A program made the translations under genes and the position numbers. The notes under the pieces are model-generated. The model searched no databases. It saw only the letters and a program-made list of their open reading frames with translations, and had not been told where the DNA came from. Below, piece by piece: positions 49,676 to 58,690 of a DNA stretch of 64,000 nt; position 1 is the stretch's first letter; each line of letters opens with the position of its first letter. The stretch is from Candidatus Latescibacterota bacterium. GTDB taxonomy: Bacteria; Latescibacterota; UBA2968; GCA-2709665. Location: the NCBI GenBank assembly GCA_965219455.1, contig OZ244744.1, positions 96,001-160,000 of the forward strand, given 5' to 3'.

Positions 49676-50464
49676 ATGCATTGGCGGGAAAAGTATGGCC
49701 CATGGGCCCTGGTCACCGGCGCTTCATCCGGACTGGGAGCGGAATTCGTGAGTCAACTGGCTGCCAGGGGCCTGAACGTGGTGCTCGTCGCCCGCCGGGC
49801 GGAACGAATGGAAGCGCTCGCCGACGATGTCCGACGCGCCCACGGCATACAGACTCGCGTGGTTCCCGCGGACCTCACCGGTCACAACGCATGCTGCCTG
49901 GTCAGGGATCAAACCAGCGATCTGGAGATCGGCCTGTTGGTCAACAACGCCGGATTCGGCCTTTCCGGCGCATACGCGGATCTGGACCCGGACCGCGTTG
50001 TCAACATGACCGTATTGAACTGCGTCGTGCCGGTAATGCTCACCAACCACTACCTGCCCCCGATGCTCAATAGAGGTCGCGGCGGCCTTATCTATCTTGC
50101 ATCCACCGCTGCGTACCAGGCGACCCCGTACCTCGGCGTCTACGGCGCCACCAAGGCCTTCAATCTGCTGGTGGGCGAATCCCTCTGGAAGGAATACAGG
50201 ACAAGAGGCATCGACTGTCTGGCGCTCTCTCCGGGTTTCACAAGAACCGAATTCACCCGCGTCGCCCACATCAAGGATGCCAGCGGCTTCAGAGAAGCCA
50301 CGCCCGATGCCGTCGTGGCGCTGGCGCTGAGAAAACTCGGGAGAAAACCCTCCGTAGTCCACGGCCTCGCCAACAAGATGCTCAATTTCACAGGACGATT
50401 CATCCCTCGCCGCACAGCGATCGCAATCACCTCCGCCATGCTCAAAGGAAGAACCCTGACATGA
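49676..50464 (+). CDS. Short-chain dehydrogenase/reductase
   Basis: VTGASSGLG, LVNNAG, YGATK, PGFTRTEF. Confidence 0.93.
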   Translation: MHWREKYGPWALVTGASSGLGAEFVSQLAARGLNVVLVARRAERMEALADDVRRAHGIQTRVVPADLTGHNACCLVRDQTSDLEIGLLVNNAGFGLSGAYADLDPDRVVNMTVLNCVVPVMLTNHYLPPMLNRGRGGLIYLASTAAYQATPYLGVYGATKAFNLLVGESLWKEYRTRGIDCLALSPGFTRTEFTRVAHIKDASGFREATPDAVVALALRKLGRKPSVVHGLANKMLNFTGRFIPRRTAIAITSAMLKGRTLT

Positions 50465-51579
50465 CACTGCAGATCGTCTGCCGGGCCTGCGACACCGTCC
50501 ATTCAGAGGATACCCGCCGCTGGAGATGTGGCTGTGGCGCGCCCCTGGACGTCGGGTTCCAGGCCACCATCGACACCAGCCGGATCAGGAGCCGGCCTCC
50601 GGGCATGTGGCGATATCGGGAAGCTCTACCGATTAAAGCGGATACCCATATCGTCTCATTCAACGAGGGGTCCACACCGCTTGTTCGGACGCAGATCGAC
50701 GGCAAGCCCCTTACCGTCAAACAGGAGAACCTCTTTGCCACGGGTTCCTTCAAAGACCGTGGCGCCTCGGTACTGATCAGCCGCGCCCTTGAACTCGGGG
50801 TCGGAAAGGTCGTGGAGGACTCCTCAGGCAACGCAGGCGCCGCCGTCGCCGCATATGCGGCAAAAGCGGGCATCGAGTGCGAAATATACGTGCCCGAATC
50901 CACGTCTCCCGGCAAACTGGCGCAAATCCGACTCTACGGTGCGAAACTGAACCGCGTTTCCGGTTCCAGGGAAGCCACGGCGCGCGCGGCAATGGAAGCG
51001 GCCGAACGCCACTTCTACGCAAGCCACGTCTGGAACCCGTTTTTCTTCCAGGGCACCAAAACCTACGCGTTCGAAATCTGGGAGCAGCTCGATTTCAACG
51101 CGCCGGATACCTTAATCGTCCCCACGGGGCACGGCACCCTGCTTATCGGCGCCTTTCTTGGATTCCAGGACCTTCTGAAGAACGGGCTCATCGCCAGGCT
51201 GCCCAGAATGATCGCCGTGCAGGCCGCAGGCTGCGCCCCCCTCTACCGAATGTGGCGGGACAAACTCTCGGAGATTCCCCCGGCATCCTCCGGCGATACC
51301 ATTGCCGAAGGAATTGCCATCGCCGAACCCACGCGCGCCTCCCAGATCCTGGACATTATTCACGAGACCGGTGGCCAGATCATCGCCGTGACCGATGCAG
51401 AAATCGAGAAAGCCCTGCTGGATATCTGCAAACAGGGCTTATACGCCGAACCGACCTCTGCAACCGCTGTAGCGGCCTTCAAGAAAATCCCCGCGGCCGG
51501 AGACGAGTGCATTGTGGCGCCTCTGACCGGACATGGACTCAAATCGACCGAGAAAATGCTCAAACTGGCCGAAGCGTAG
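50461..51579 (+). CDS. Threonine synthase-like PLP enzyme (fold type II)
   Basis: N-terminal C-x2-C...CGCG, EGSTPL, TGSFKDRG, DSSGNAG, PTGHG, EPTSA, LTGHGLK. Confidence 0.88.
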   Translation: MTLQIVCRACDTVHSEDTRRWRCGCGAPLDVGFQATIDTSRIRSRPPGMWRYREALPIKADTHIVSFNEGSTPLVRTQIDGKPLTVKQENLFATGSFKDRGASVLISRALELGVGKVVEDSSGNAGAAVAAYAAKAGIECEIYVPESTSPGKLAQIRLYGAKLNRVSGSREATARAAMEAAERHFYASHVWNPFFFQGTKTYAFEIWEQLDFNAPDTLIVPTGHGTLLIGAFLGFQDLLKNGLIARLPRMIAVQAAGCAPLYRMWRDKLSEIPPASSGDTIAEGIAIAEPTRASQILDIIHETGGQIIAVTDAEIEKALLDICKQGLYAEPTSATAVAAFKKIPAAGDECIVAPLTGHGLKSTEKMLKLAEA

Positions 51580-51662
51580 ACCCTCCCGGTCCGAACGATT
51601 GACCTTGTCGGACATGTCCGTCGCACAGCGATATTCGAATCGCAGTCTTCAACCGTGATTTG

Positions 51663-52535
51663 TCAGGCTGCTCGAATACCCAACCACCCGTTCTCGTCGA
51701 GGATCTCCACGACCTGCAATCCGGCCGCGTATACTGCCTTCAGAAATTTCGCCCGCTCCCTAACCAGCACCCCCCCGAGGATCAGATTTCCCCGCGGCGC
51801 CACGTGTGAAGCCAGTGCTGGCAGCATCGGGTTCAGTGTCCGGCTTTCGATGTTGGCAACGACAACGTCGAATACACCGGATACGTCTTCCAGCGTTCCC
51901 GTGCGAAACACGACGTTGCCAGAAATCTTATTCAGGCGCATATTCGCGCGGGCATTCTCAACGGCCAGCGCATCGACGTCGATACCCGTCACCCGCACCG
52001 CACCGAGTTTAGCCGCGGCAAGGCTCAGGATCCCCGAGCCGGCGCCAACGTCCAGCACCGCGTCGCCCGGTTTCACGACGGCGTGCATCATCTTCAGGGC
52101 CAATTGGGTCGTTTCGTGCTGACCGGTTCCGAAGGCCGTCTTCGGCTCGATAACCAGACTGAATCCGCCTTCCGGATCGTCGACACGTTCCCATGGCGGA
52201 CAAACCACAAGGGTCGGCAACGGAAAAACGGGCCTGAAACGGGCTTTCCAGGTTGCCGCCCAATCTTCCGGCGGGACTTCCTCCACTTCCACACGTACGG
52301 ACCTCAGGTCTCCCACCAGCGCTTTCAGCCCGCCCCAAAGGCCGGATACCACCCTGCCGCTGTCTTTTTCATCCGGAAAGTACGCCGCCAACCTTGTCTT
52401 TTCACCTGCCGAATCAGCTTGTACCTCCAGCCCGCAACTTCCGAGGCCAAACAACAGGTCGGAAGCCGTATCCGACGCGTGGCCCGGCAGGTCCACGCAT
52501 ACTTTGTACCATCCATCTTCAACCTTGCAGGCCAT
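51663..52535 (-). CDS. prmA: Ribosomal protein L11 methyltransferase
   Basis: EDW...WK..F.P, IEPKTAFGTGQHETT, LDVGAGSGILS, VVANI. Confidence 0.93.
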   Translation of the reverse strand: MACKVEDGWYKVCVDLPGHASDTASDLLFGLGSCGLEVQADSAGEKTRLAAYFPDEKDSGRVVSGLWGGLKALVGDLRSVRVEVEEVPPEDWAATWKARFRPVFPLPTLVVCPPWERVDDPEGGFSLVIEPKTAFGTGQHETTQLALKMMHAVVKPGDAVLDVGAGSGILSLAAAKLGAVRVTGIDVDALAVENARANMRLNKISGNVVFRTGTLEDVSGVFDVVVANIESRTLNPMLPALASHVAPRGNLILGGVLVRERAKFLKAVYAAGLQVVEILDENGWLGIRAA

Positions 52536-52570
52536 GCGCGAATACCGCCCGAAACGGGGTTCCCCCGTTC

Positions 52571-54226
52571 CTACAACACTTCCAATTTCAACTCATGGCG
52601 GCCCACGTCGGGCGAGAAAGGCAACACCACGACCAGTCGAGCCTCCTCGATGGTCGAGTCACCCGCCTTCCGGTAGGGGTTATGGGGCAACGCAGGCCAG
52701 ACCACGCGGCTTCCGGGCGGCAGATGCAAACGCCATCCGGCATGTTCCAACCACGCCTCCCCGGTCCACTCCGCCTTCTCCTCACCCAGCATTGCGGTCT
52801 CTCCCGACGCGAAACTCACCTCCCGGTCCAGGTGCGGCATCAGCGTCACGTGTCCGGCCACGGGCATACCGGAATTCCCTGTCGCTGAGAACACAAGCGC
52901 CAGTTCGGTTTCGGACTCGACCTTCGCCTCCACCCCGCAGGTCTCCTCGCCGTAGCGCATCCGCAGCCGGCCGCCACCTTCTCCCGAGTCATACGAAATC
53001 TCATCAGGCACGTGGATCAACCCTTCGGGCACGTCGAAGTCCGGATCTTCGTCTCCGGGCGTGTGCGACAGGAGCGTTTTGTCCCCCACCGTGAAGCAAC
53101 TCCACAGCGGTTGCAGCTTCGTGTTTCCGCCGCCCACAACCAGACCCGCCCTGTCGTGGAACACGCTTACGAAATTCTGCCGGTCCTGACCCCACCGATT
53201 CTGGGGGAATTCCACAACAAAGGCCGACAGACAGATGAACCAGGGGCCATTCCTCACCGCGGTCGCCTCGTCCCCCATGCGGAAGACGTGCCGTTCCTGC
53301 CCCGCAGCGGTCTCAATTGCCTCTCCGGAGCCGCCATAGAGCAGCAGACTCGCCGCATAGTCCGGGTCGAAACTTTCGCCTTCCGCCAGCAACAGCCGGT
53401 GCTGCTGCGCCAGATACCCTCTACCCGCTGCCGTATGGCTGAACCCCGGATTGCCCTCGTGCACGCCGCCGTGATAGGGGTTGCGACCATCCACGGTCTC
53501 CACGGGACTCCCGTCCGGATAGGTCAGACTCGCATGGTAAACAGCCGCCCGTTCGAGCGCGGGCAGCACCTCGGCGTCGCCGGACATCCCGTAGTAAATC
53601 CCCAGCGAATCCGAATAGACGAAGTTGTAAGCCACGACCGGCCCGTTATGTTCCGGCCACCAGCCCTGTGAGGACTGCGCGTCCGCCACTTTCCCCATAA
53701 ACGCCCGCGACTGCGCACGCCAGTCCTCACGTCCGAACACCGTACCCGCGCAGAACAAGGCCATCGAATGGTGTGCGGGTATGTTGTGGACGTGCGCCAG
53801 ACAGGTCCGCGAAATACCGTCGAATCCCATCAGCAGCGCCTCGTCCCACCGGGCTCGCGCGTCGGCGTCCATTGCTTCCTGCACCATTTGATACGCACGA
53901 ATCCAGCGGCTGTAGGTCCAGGGCATATAAATCTGCCCCCACTCCGAATAGTCCTTCTTCAGAAACGTCCACTTCCCTTCCGCATCCTGCTCGTGAATCA
54001 GCGCGTCCCCACCGCGCACGATCGCCTCCAACACTTCGTCGTTCCGGTGATATTTGCTATCCTCCAGGCGCCATGCCGCTGCCAGAGAAAAAATAACGCT
54101 CTGGTCTCCACAGACCCACGGCTCCGTACCGAACTGTCCGTTCTCCTTCTGAGATGCCAGGATTTCCGGCACGGCCCCGTCCAACCCTTCCAGCACCTCC
54201 GGTTCCGGTTTCCATACCTCTGCCAT
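52571..54226 (-). CDS. Hypothetical protein, possible (alpha/alpha)-toroid plus beta-sandwich enzyme
   Basis: 551-aa ORF with AAGGAG RBS; HNIPAH, GWWPEHNGP..AYN, YPDG motifs reminiscent of heparinase II/III-like folds. Confidence 0.7.
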   Translation of the reverse strand: MAEVWKPEPEVLEGLDGAVPEILASQKENGQFGTEPWVCGDQSVIFSLAAAWRLEDSKYHRNDEVLEAIVRGGDALIHEQDAEGKWTFLKKDYSEWGQIYMPWTYSRWIRAYQMVQEAMDADARARWDEALLMGFDGISRTCLAHVHNIPAHHSMALFCAGTVFGREDWRAQSRAFMGKVADAQSSQGWWPEHNGPVVAYNFVYSDSLGIYYGMSGDAEVLPALERAAVYHASLTYPDGSPVETVDGRNPYHGGVHEGNPGFSHTAAGRGYLAQQHRLLLAEGESFDPDYAASLLLYGGSGEAIETAAGQERHVFRMGDEATAVRNGPWFICLSAFVVEFPQNRWGQDRQNFVSVFHDRAGLVVGGGNTKLQPLWSCFTVGDKTLLSHTPGDEDPDFDVPEGLIHVPDEISYDSGEGGGRLRMRYGEETCGVEAKVESETELALVFSATGNSGMPVAGHVTLMPHLDREVSFASGETAMLGEEKAEWTGEAWLEHAGWRLHLPPGSRVVWPALPHNPYRKAGDSTIEEARLVVVLPFSPDVGRHELKLEVL

Positions 54227-54288
54227 TTCATTGTCTCCTTTGACTTAGGGTATCGCGCCCCACTGAAAGACGCTGCGCTCTGCCGCCT

Positions 54289-55194
54289 CTAATTGATGGT
54301 CGCCGCCCGGGCCCGCCAGTAACGAAGCCAGTCCACCGGCGCATAGTCGTCCGTCAGCACGGGAACCCCCCTGACAACCGGCTTATGCTCGCCATATGGA
54401 GTCATCACCATAAGCAATTCCAGCGCATCGCCAATTTCCGACTTCAACTCACGTATGGCCAGTGCAATTCCGCCTCCGGCACGCCGGGTTCCATCGGAGG
54501 TGGCGACGGCCACGACATTGCTCCGCTCCGGAACCTGAAACAGGTACACCTGTGGAAATACCTCGGCCAACGTTCGAATTATCGAGAGATACAAAACACC
54601 CGGCCCGAGCGGCGCCACGTTCATTGTCAGGACGCCACCGGGTGTCAGGATCCCCTTCACCTCCCTGAAGAATTCCACAGTCGCCAGATGGTGTGGCATG
54701 GAGTCCGCTTGAAACGCATCGAGAACAACCCAGTCGTACCGTTCCGTCGTTCGTTTCACGAACATCCGGCCGTCGTCCACGTGAATTCTGAAACCGGTTC
54801 CTGCTTCGACACCGAAAAAACGTTTAGCCACGTGTACAACGTCCGGGTCGAGTTCGACCACATCCACCATCACAGCCGGACGAACGGACCGTACGAATCG
54901 GGCCACCGATCCCCCCGCCAGCCCGATCACCAACAATCGCTCCGGTTCCGTGAAGGCCATCCCCAACGCAAGGTACGCGGTGTAGGGTACGCGCAGCGCC
55001 GTCGGGTTTCCGAACGTCATCGCGCTTTGAATGGCGCCGTAGCCGAACCTGAGATAGCGGGCGTCCTCGTCTTCGGAAACCACGATATGATTGTACAATG
55101 AATCGTGCACGTAGACCAGGCTTTCTCGCTCCGGTATATCCGGCCGGACGTCACAGGCTGTAAGAAAAAATAAAAAAAAGACAAACAACAACAT
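54289..55194 (-). CDS. Spermidine-synthase-like SAM-dependent transferase with lipoprotein-type signal
   Basis: MLLFVFFLFFLTAC; LVIGLAGG, VVELDP, DDGR.F, VVLDAF, VLTDDYAPV. Confidence 0.8.
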   Translation of the reverse strand: MLLFVFFLFFLTACDVRPDIPERESLVYVHDSLYNHIVVSEDEDARYLRFGYGAIQSAMTFGNPTALRVPYTAYLALGMAFTEPERLLVIGLAGGSVARFVRSVRPAVMVDVVELDPDVVHVAKRFFGVEAGTGFRIHVDDGRMFVKRTTERYDWVVLDAFQADSMPHHLATVEFFREVKGILTPGGVLTMNVAPLGPGVLYLSIIRTLAEVFPQVYLFQVPERSNVVAVATSDGTRRAGGGIALAIRELKSEIGDALELLMVMTPYGEHKPVVRGVPVLTDDYAPVDWLRYWRARAATIN

Positions 55195-55303
55195 GTTGAA
55201 TGGGCACAGCCTGAGTTTGAAGCTGTTTAAACTCGGACCCGACGCGGTTTTCGAATTAACGTATCCTTGCCGCCCTCGATCCGCCGCGCGGTTCCTCGAC
55301 GCG

Positions 55304-55948
55304 CTATCGTTTTTCATCCTGTTCTTCGCCTCGCCCGCATCGTGGTGTCTCGTGTCCCGGATGCTCCGGCGCTGCTTCATTCGTTCCCCACAGCGCCATC
55401 GCCGCCAACGCCAGAAGCACCGCTCCGATCAGGTGCAGTATGTGCCGAACCCCCATTGCGGGTATCAGATAGAACGCAGTGCCCAGCGTCCCGATGATGC
55501 TGCCCGCCGCAGACAATGCCGACACCGTCCCTGCAACGCCCCCAACCCGGTCCACGCGATCCGCCAGCATCCGTACAATAAACGGCGTGACTGCTCCCAA
55601 CGCCACTCCCGGTATCGCAAAAAGTACGACCGAAGCCAGCAACGGGCCGCCTCGGGGACCCAGATCCGCTACAAAAACCGCACGATTCACTGCCGCCGCC
55701 ACCCATGGCAAGACCAGCGCCATCACGCCCGCCAGGCCCAGCAATCCGGCCAGAGGCGGTCCCGAAGGCATCCGGTCCGCCAGCCTTCCTCCGGAATACG
55801 CTCCGATACTCAACGCGGCCAACACGACCGCGATCAGGCTGCCCCAGACGAAAACCGAACTGCCGAAATACGGCGCAAGCACCCGGCTGCCCACAATTTC
55901 CAGCCCCATAAGCGCCGCACCGGAAATAAACGCTATTAACCTCAACAT
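55304..55948 (-). CDS. Membrane domain of the fused MFS/spermidine synthase family (stand-alone)
   Basis: SGAALMGLEIVGSRVLAPYFGSSVFVW, GGRLAD, GSIIGT....YLIP..G. Confidence 0.85.
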   Translation of the reverse strand: MLRLIAFISGAALMGLEIVGSRVLAPYFGSSVFVWGSLIAVVLAALSIGAYSGGRLADRMPSGPPLAGLLGLAGVMALVLPWVAAAVNRAVFVADLGPRGGPLLASVVLFAIPGVALGAVTPFIVRMLADRVDRVGGVAGTVSALSAAGSIIGTLGTAFYLIPAMGVRHILHLIGAVLLALAAMALWGTNEAAPEHPGHETPRCGRGEEQDEKR

Positions 55949-56213
55949 ACCCGCACCAGATGCATATCCAAAAAAGACCACCGGATATCCGCTCGCAGGG
56001 CGGATGCGAAACTCATCCCGGACGCAGGAACGCGCTCAATGTACGTACAGAACATGGGGCTGCAACAAGAAATCGCAGCCCTCCGATCTCGGGATATCCT
56101 GGTGTCCTGTCCTGAAAATATGTTGCCGTTCCTTCGGCGGTTCATCCCGTCTCGCCGCGTTACCTGCGATACCTGCGCTGAGCTTGTCGAAACGAGCGTG
56201 TCGACCTCCGTGT

Positions 56214-56774
56214 TCAGAACGGCAGATCGTCGTCCGCACCGTAGGGCGGTGGGCTCGATCCGCCTGACCCCGTACCGGGGCCGCCCCCGGTTTCGCCGGT
56301 TCCAGGTCGGACGTCCTGCGTTCCTTCGGATCCCGGTCGGACGTCCTGCGTTCCTTCGGATCCCGGTCGGACGTCCTGCGTTCCTTCGGTCGGTCCGCCC
56401 GGACCCTGGGAAAAACCCCCGCCGGCATCGATATCCTCCCGGGAGTCCAGCATCTGCATATCTCTGGCAACCACCTCGGTGGTATATCGCTTCTGTCCAT
56501 CCTGCCCTTCCCAGCTGCGGGTCTGCAGGCGCCCCTCGATGTAGACCTTGCTGCCTTTCCGAAGATACTGATTGCAGATTTCAGCCAGCCGGCCCCAAAC
56601 CACAACCCGGTGCCATTCGGTTCGCTCCTGGCGTTCGCCCGAGCTGTCCGTCCAATTCTCATTGGTGGCCATATTGAAGTTCGTGACAGCGGTTCCCTTG
56701 GGTGTATATCGCAGTTCCGGATCCGCCCCGATATTGCCAATCAGAATCACCTTATTCACACCTCTACGTGCCAT
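56214..56774 (-). CDS. ssb: Single-stranded DNA-binding protein
   Basis: [43 protein letters not shown], terminal DDDLPF. Confidence 0.97.
   Translation of the reverse strand: MARRGVNKVILIGNIGADPELRYTPKGTAVTNFNMATNENWTDSSGERQERTEWHRVVVWGRLAEICNQYLRKGSKVYIEGRLQTRSWEGQDGQKRYTTEVVARDMQMLDSREDIDAGGGFSQGPGGPTEGTQDVRPGSEGTQDVRPGSEGTQDVRPGTGETGGGPGTGSGGSSPPPYGADDDLPF
56301..56389. repeat. 30-bp tandem repeat (about 3 copies) in the ssb linker
   Basis: GGTCGGACGTCCTGCGTTCCTTCGGATCCC unit encoding EGTQDVRPG(S/T). Confidence 0.95.
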
Positions 56775-56852
56775 AACTGACCTCCTTTAAATAAAATAAA
56801 AACAATCTGATATGTCCCATGGCACAATCCTGTCAGAAATAACGTTCAATCG

Positions 56853-56881
56853 AATATACTCGTGATTTCGAGGCTTGTCAA
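56853..56881 (-). promoter_or_regulatory. Sigma70-like promoter of ssb
   Basis: TTGACA-17 nt-TATATT on the minus strand. Confidence 0.7.
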
Positions 56882-57044
56882 TAGAGCAAAATCCATCTGT
56901 GCGCGCACGCCTTCGAAAAACCGGGGCAAGCACCGGCCTCAACACCAACTCAATGAGAAGACATCCTGCTTTCGCGTCGGCATGGCGTGACATCCGGACC
57001 GCCGGTCCGTACCCGCGTTTCGATCGATGATTCCCGTGCGTCTT

Positions 57045-57881
57045 TCAATCCATGGACCTGAAGAAATCACGGAACCTCACCGTCTCGGATACGTTATCGC
57101 ATTCGTTGCAATGCTCCCAGTCGATCCATACGTATTCGACGCCCAGCCATCCCCGGTATCCGGTCGCCCTCATCGCTTCAACGACCCGCCCGTAGTCAAT
57201 GACGTTGCGATCGAAGGACGTCTGTATCCGGCCCCGGCGCGCGCCGCGGGCGTGGAAGTGGCTGGCGTATTTCAGGAGGGGCTCCACATCCGAATCCGGC
57301 AGCCCGATTTTCGTGAAGTGCGTGTAATCCAGTGTCAGCGTCAGCCCGGGAACGGCCTGTACCAGTCGTTCCACCGATTTCGGCCGGGGCGCCAGAGAAC
57401 CCACGTGCGCCTCAACGCCAAAGACAATGCCGTGCTCGTTCGCCTGCGCCACACGCCAGTTCAATTCATCGACGGCCCGGCCGAACGAGTCGGCGCGCGA
57501 CTCGCCCTGATTATGTACGCCTGGCAACGTCGTCACGTGCCGGCACCCGCATTCGGCGGCGTACTCCAGCGCCTTCAGATACCAGTCCCGCGCTTTCTGA
57601 CGCCGGGCGCGCTGCGGATGGTTGATCGCATAGGGCGCGAAATCCATCGCCATTTGCAAAAAAACGTCGGCTGGCTCGAGTCCCAGGTCATCCAATTTGT
57701 TTTTCAGTCTTCGTGCGGAACCCGGCACATCGTGAAACTCGCGCGAAGGCCACAGATGAGACCTCTCCTCGAAGAGTCCGATGTCCACGCCCTCGAAACC
57801 CAGCATGGAGACCAATTGAAGCGCCCCATCGTGCGAAAGCAGGGGAAATGTAAAATCCGAGCATGCCAGTCTCGTGTTCAC
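57045..57881 (-). CDS. Sugar phosphate isomerase/epimerase TIM barrel
   Basis: GFEGVDI, FGVEAH, LDYTH, HFHAR, GYRGWLGVEY; GTGA overlap with the SDR stop. Confidence 0.85.
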   Translation of the reverse strand: MNTRLACSDFTFPLLSHDGALQLVSMLGFEGVDIGLFEERSHLWPSREFHDVPGSARRLKNKLDDLGLEPADVFLQMAMDFAPYAINHPQRARRQKARDWYLKALEYAAECGCRHVTTLPGVHNQGESRADSFGRAVDELNWRVAQANEHGIVFGVEAHVGSLAPRPKSVERLVQAVPGLTLTLDYTHFTKIGLPDSDVEPLLKYASHFHARGARRGRIQTSFDRNVIDYGRVVEAMRATGYRGWLGVEYVWIDWEHCNECDNVSETVRFRDFFRSMD

Positions 57882-58687
57882 GGCTCCTCCGTAAATCGCG
57901 TTGGACCCGGCGTCTCCCACTCCGCCGCGGCAATATATCCGCCATCGATCACCAGGGACGTGCCGGTAATCCCGGCGGACGCCTCGGAGCAGAAGTAAAA
58001 CGCGGCCCGCGCAACGTCCACCGGTCTGATGACGGCTCCCGTCGGGACGCGTTGCAGTCGCCGTGCCAGCGTGGCCTCGGGGTCCGGTGTCGTATTCAAA
58101 TGGTACCGTAACATCGGTGTGTCCGTAATTCCCGGACAGATACAGTTGCAGCGCAGCCCGTCCACGGCATAGTCCAGTGCGATCGACCGGCTCAATCCCA
58201 GCACCGCGTGCTTGGATGTCGTATAGGCGGGCGTGTCAGCCTGACCGATAAAGCTGCCTACCGATCCGATATTCACCATATAACTTCGCCCGTGCTCCCT
58301 GAAGTAGGGAATACCGTACTTGAGCGAAAAGAAAATTGACTTGAGATTGACCCCCATCAACCGATCCCAATCCTTCTCGGAATACTCATGCAGGCACGCG
58401 ACATGCACAATTCCGGCGCAATTCACAATCACTTGCAATTCACCGAATCGCGCCGCGGTCGTTTCTATCGAATCCCGCACGTGCGCTTCGTGTGCCACGT
58501 CGCACTCCAGAAAAATCGCCTCTCCACCCTGTTCCGCGATGTGTTTCACCACCTGGCGGCCACGTTCCACCTGAACGTCGACAACGGCGACCCGGGCGCC
58601 TTCGGCGGCAAACAGTTCGGCCGTTGCCTCTCCCATTCCGGAAGCGCCGCCACTCACCCAGGCGACCTGTCCCTCCAGTCGTCCCAT
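57878..58687 (-). CDS. Short-chain dehydrogenase/reductase
   Basis: SGGASGMG, VNCAG, YTTSK, CPGITDT, GTSLVIDGG. Confidence 0.93.
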   Translation of the reverse strand: MGRLEGQVAWVSGGASGMGEATAELFAAEGARVAVVDVQVERGRQVVKHIAEQGGEAIFLECDVAHEAHVRDSIETTAARFGELQVIVNCAGIVHVACLHEYSEKDWDRLMGVNLKSIFFSLKYGIPYFREHGRSYMVNIGSVGSFIGQADTPAYTTSKHAVLGLSRSIALDYAVDGLRCNCICPGITDTPMLRYHLNTTPDPEATLARRLQRVPTGAVIRPVDVARAAFYFCSEASAGITGTSLVIDGGYIAAAEWETPGPTRFTEEP

Positions 58688-58690
58688 GCG

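Noticed and set aside
56301-56389. 30-bp repeats as a possible CRISPR array
   Set aside because: No spacers, in-frame within ssb, and no cas genes.
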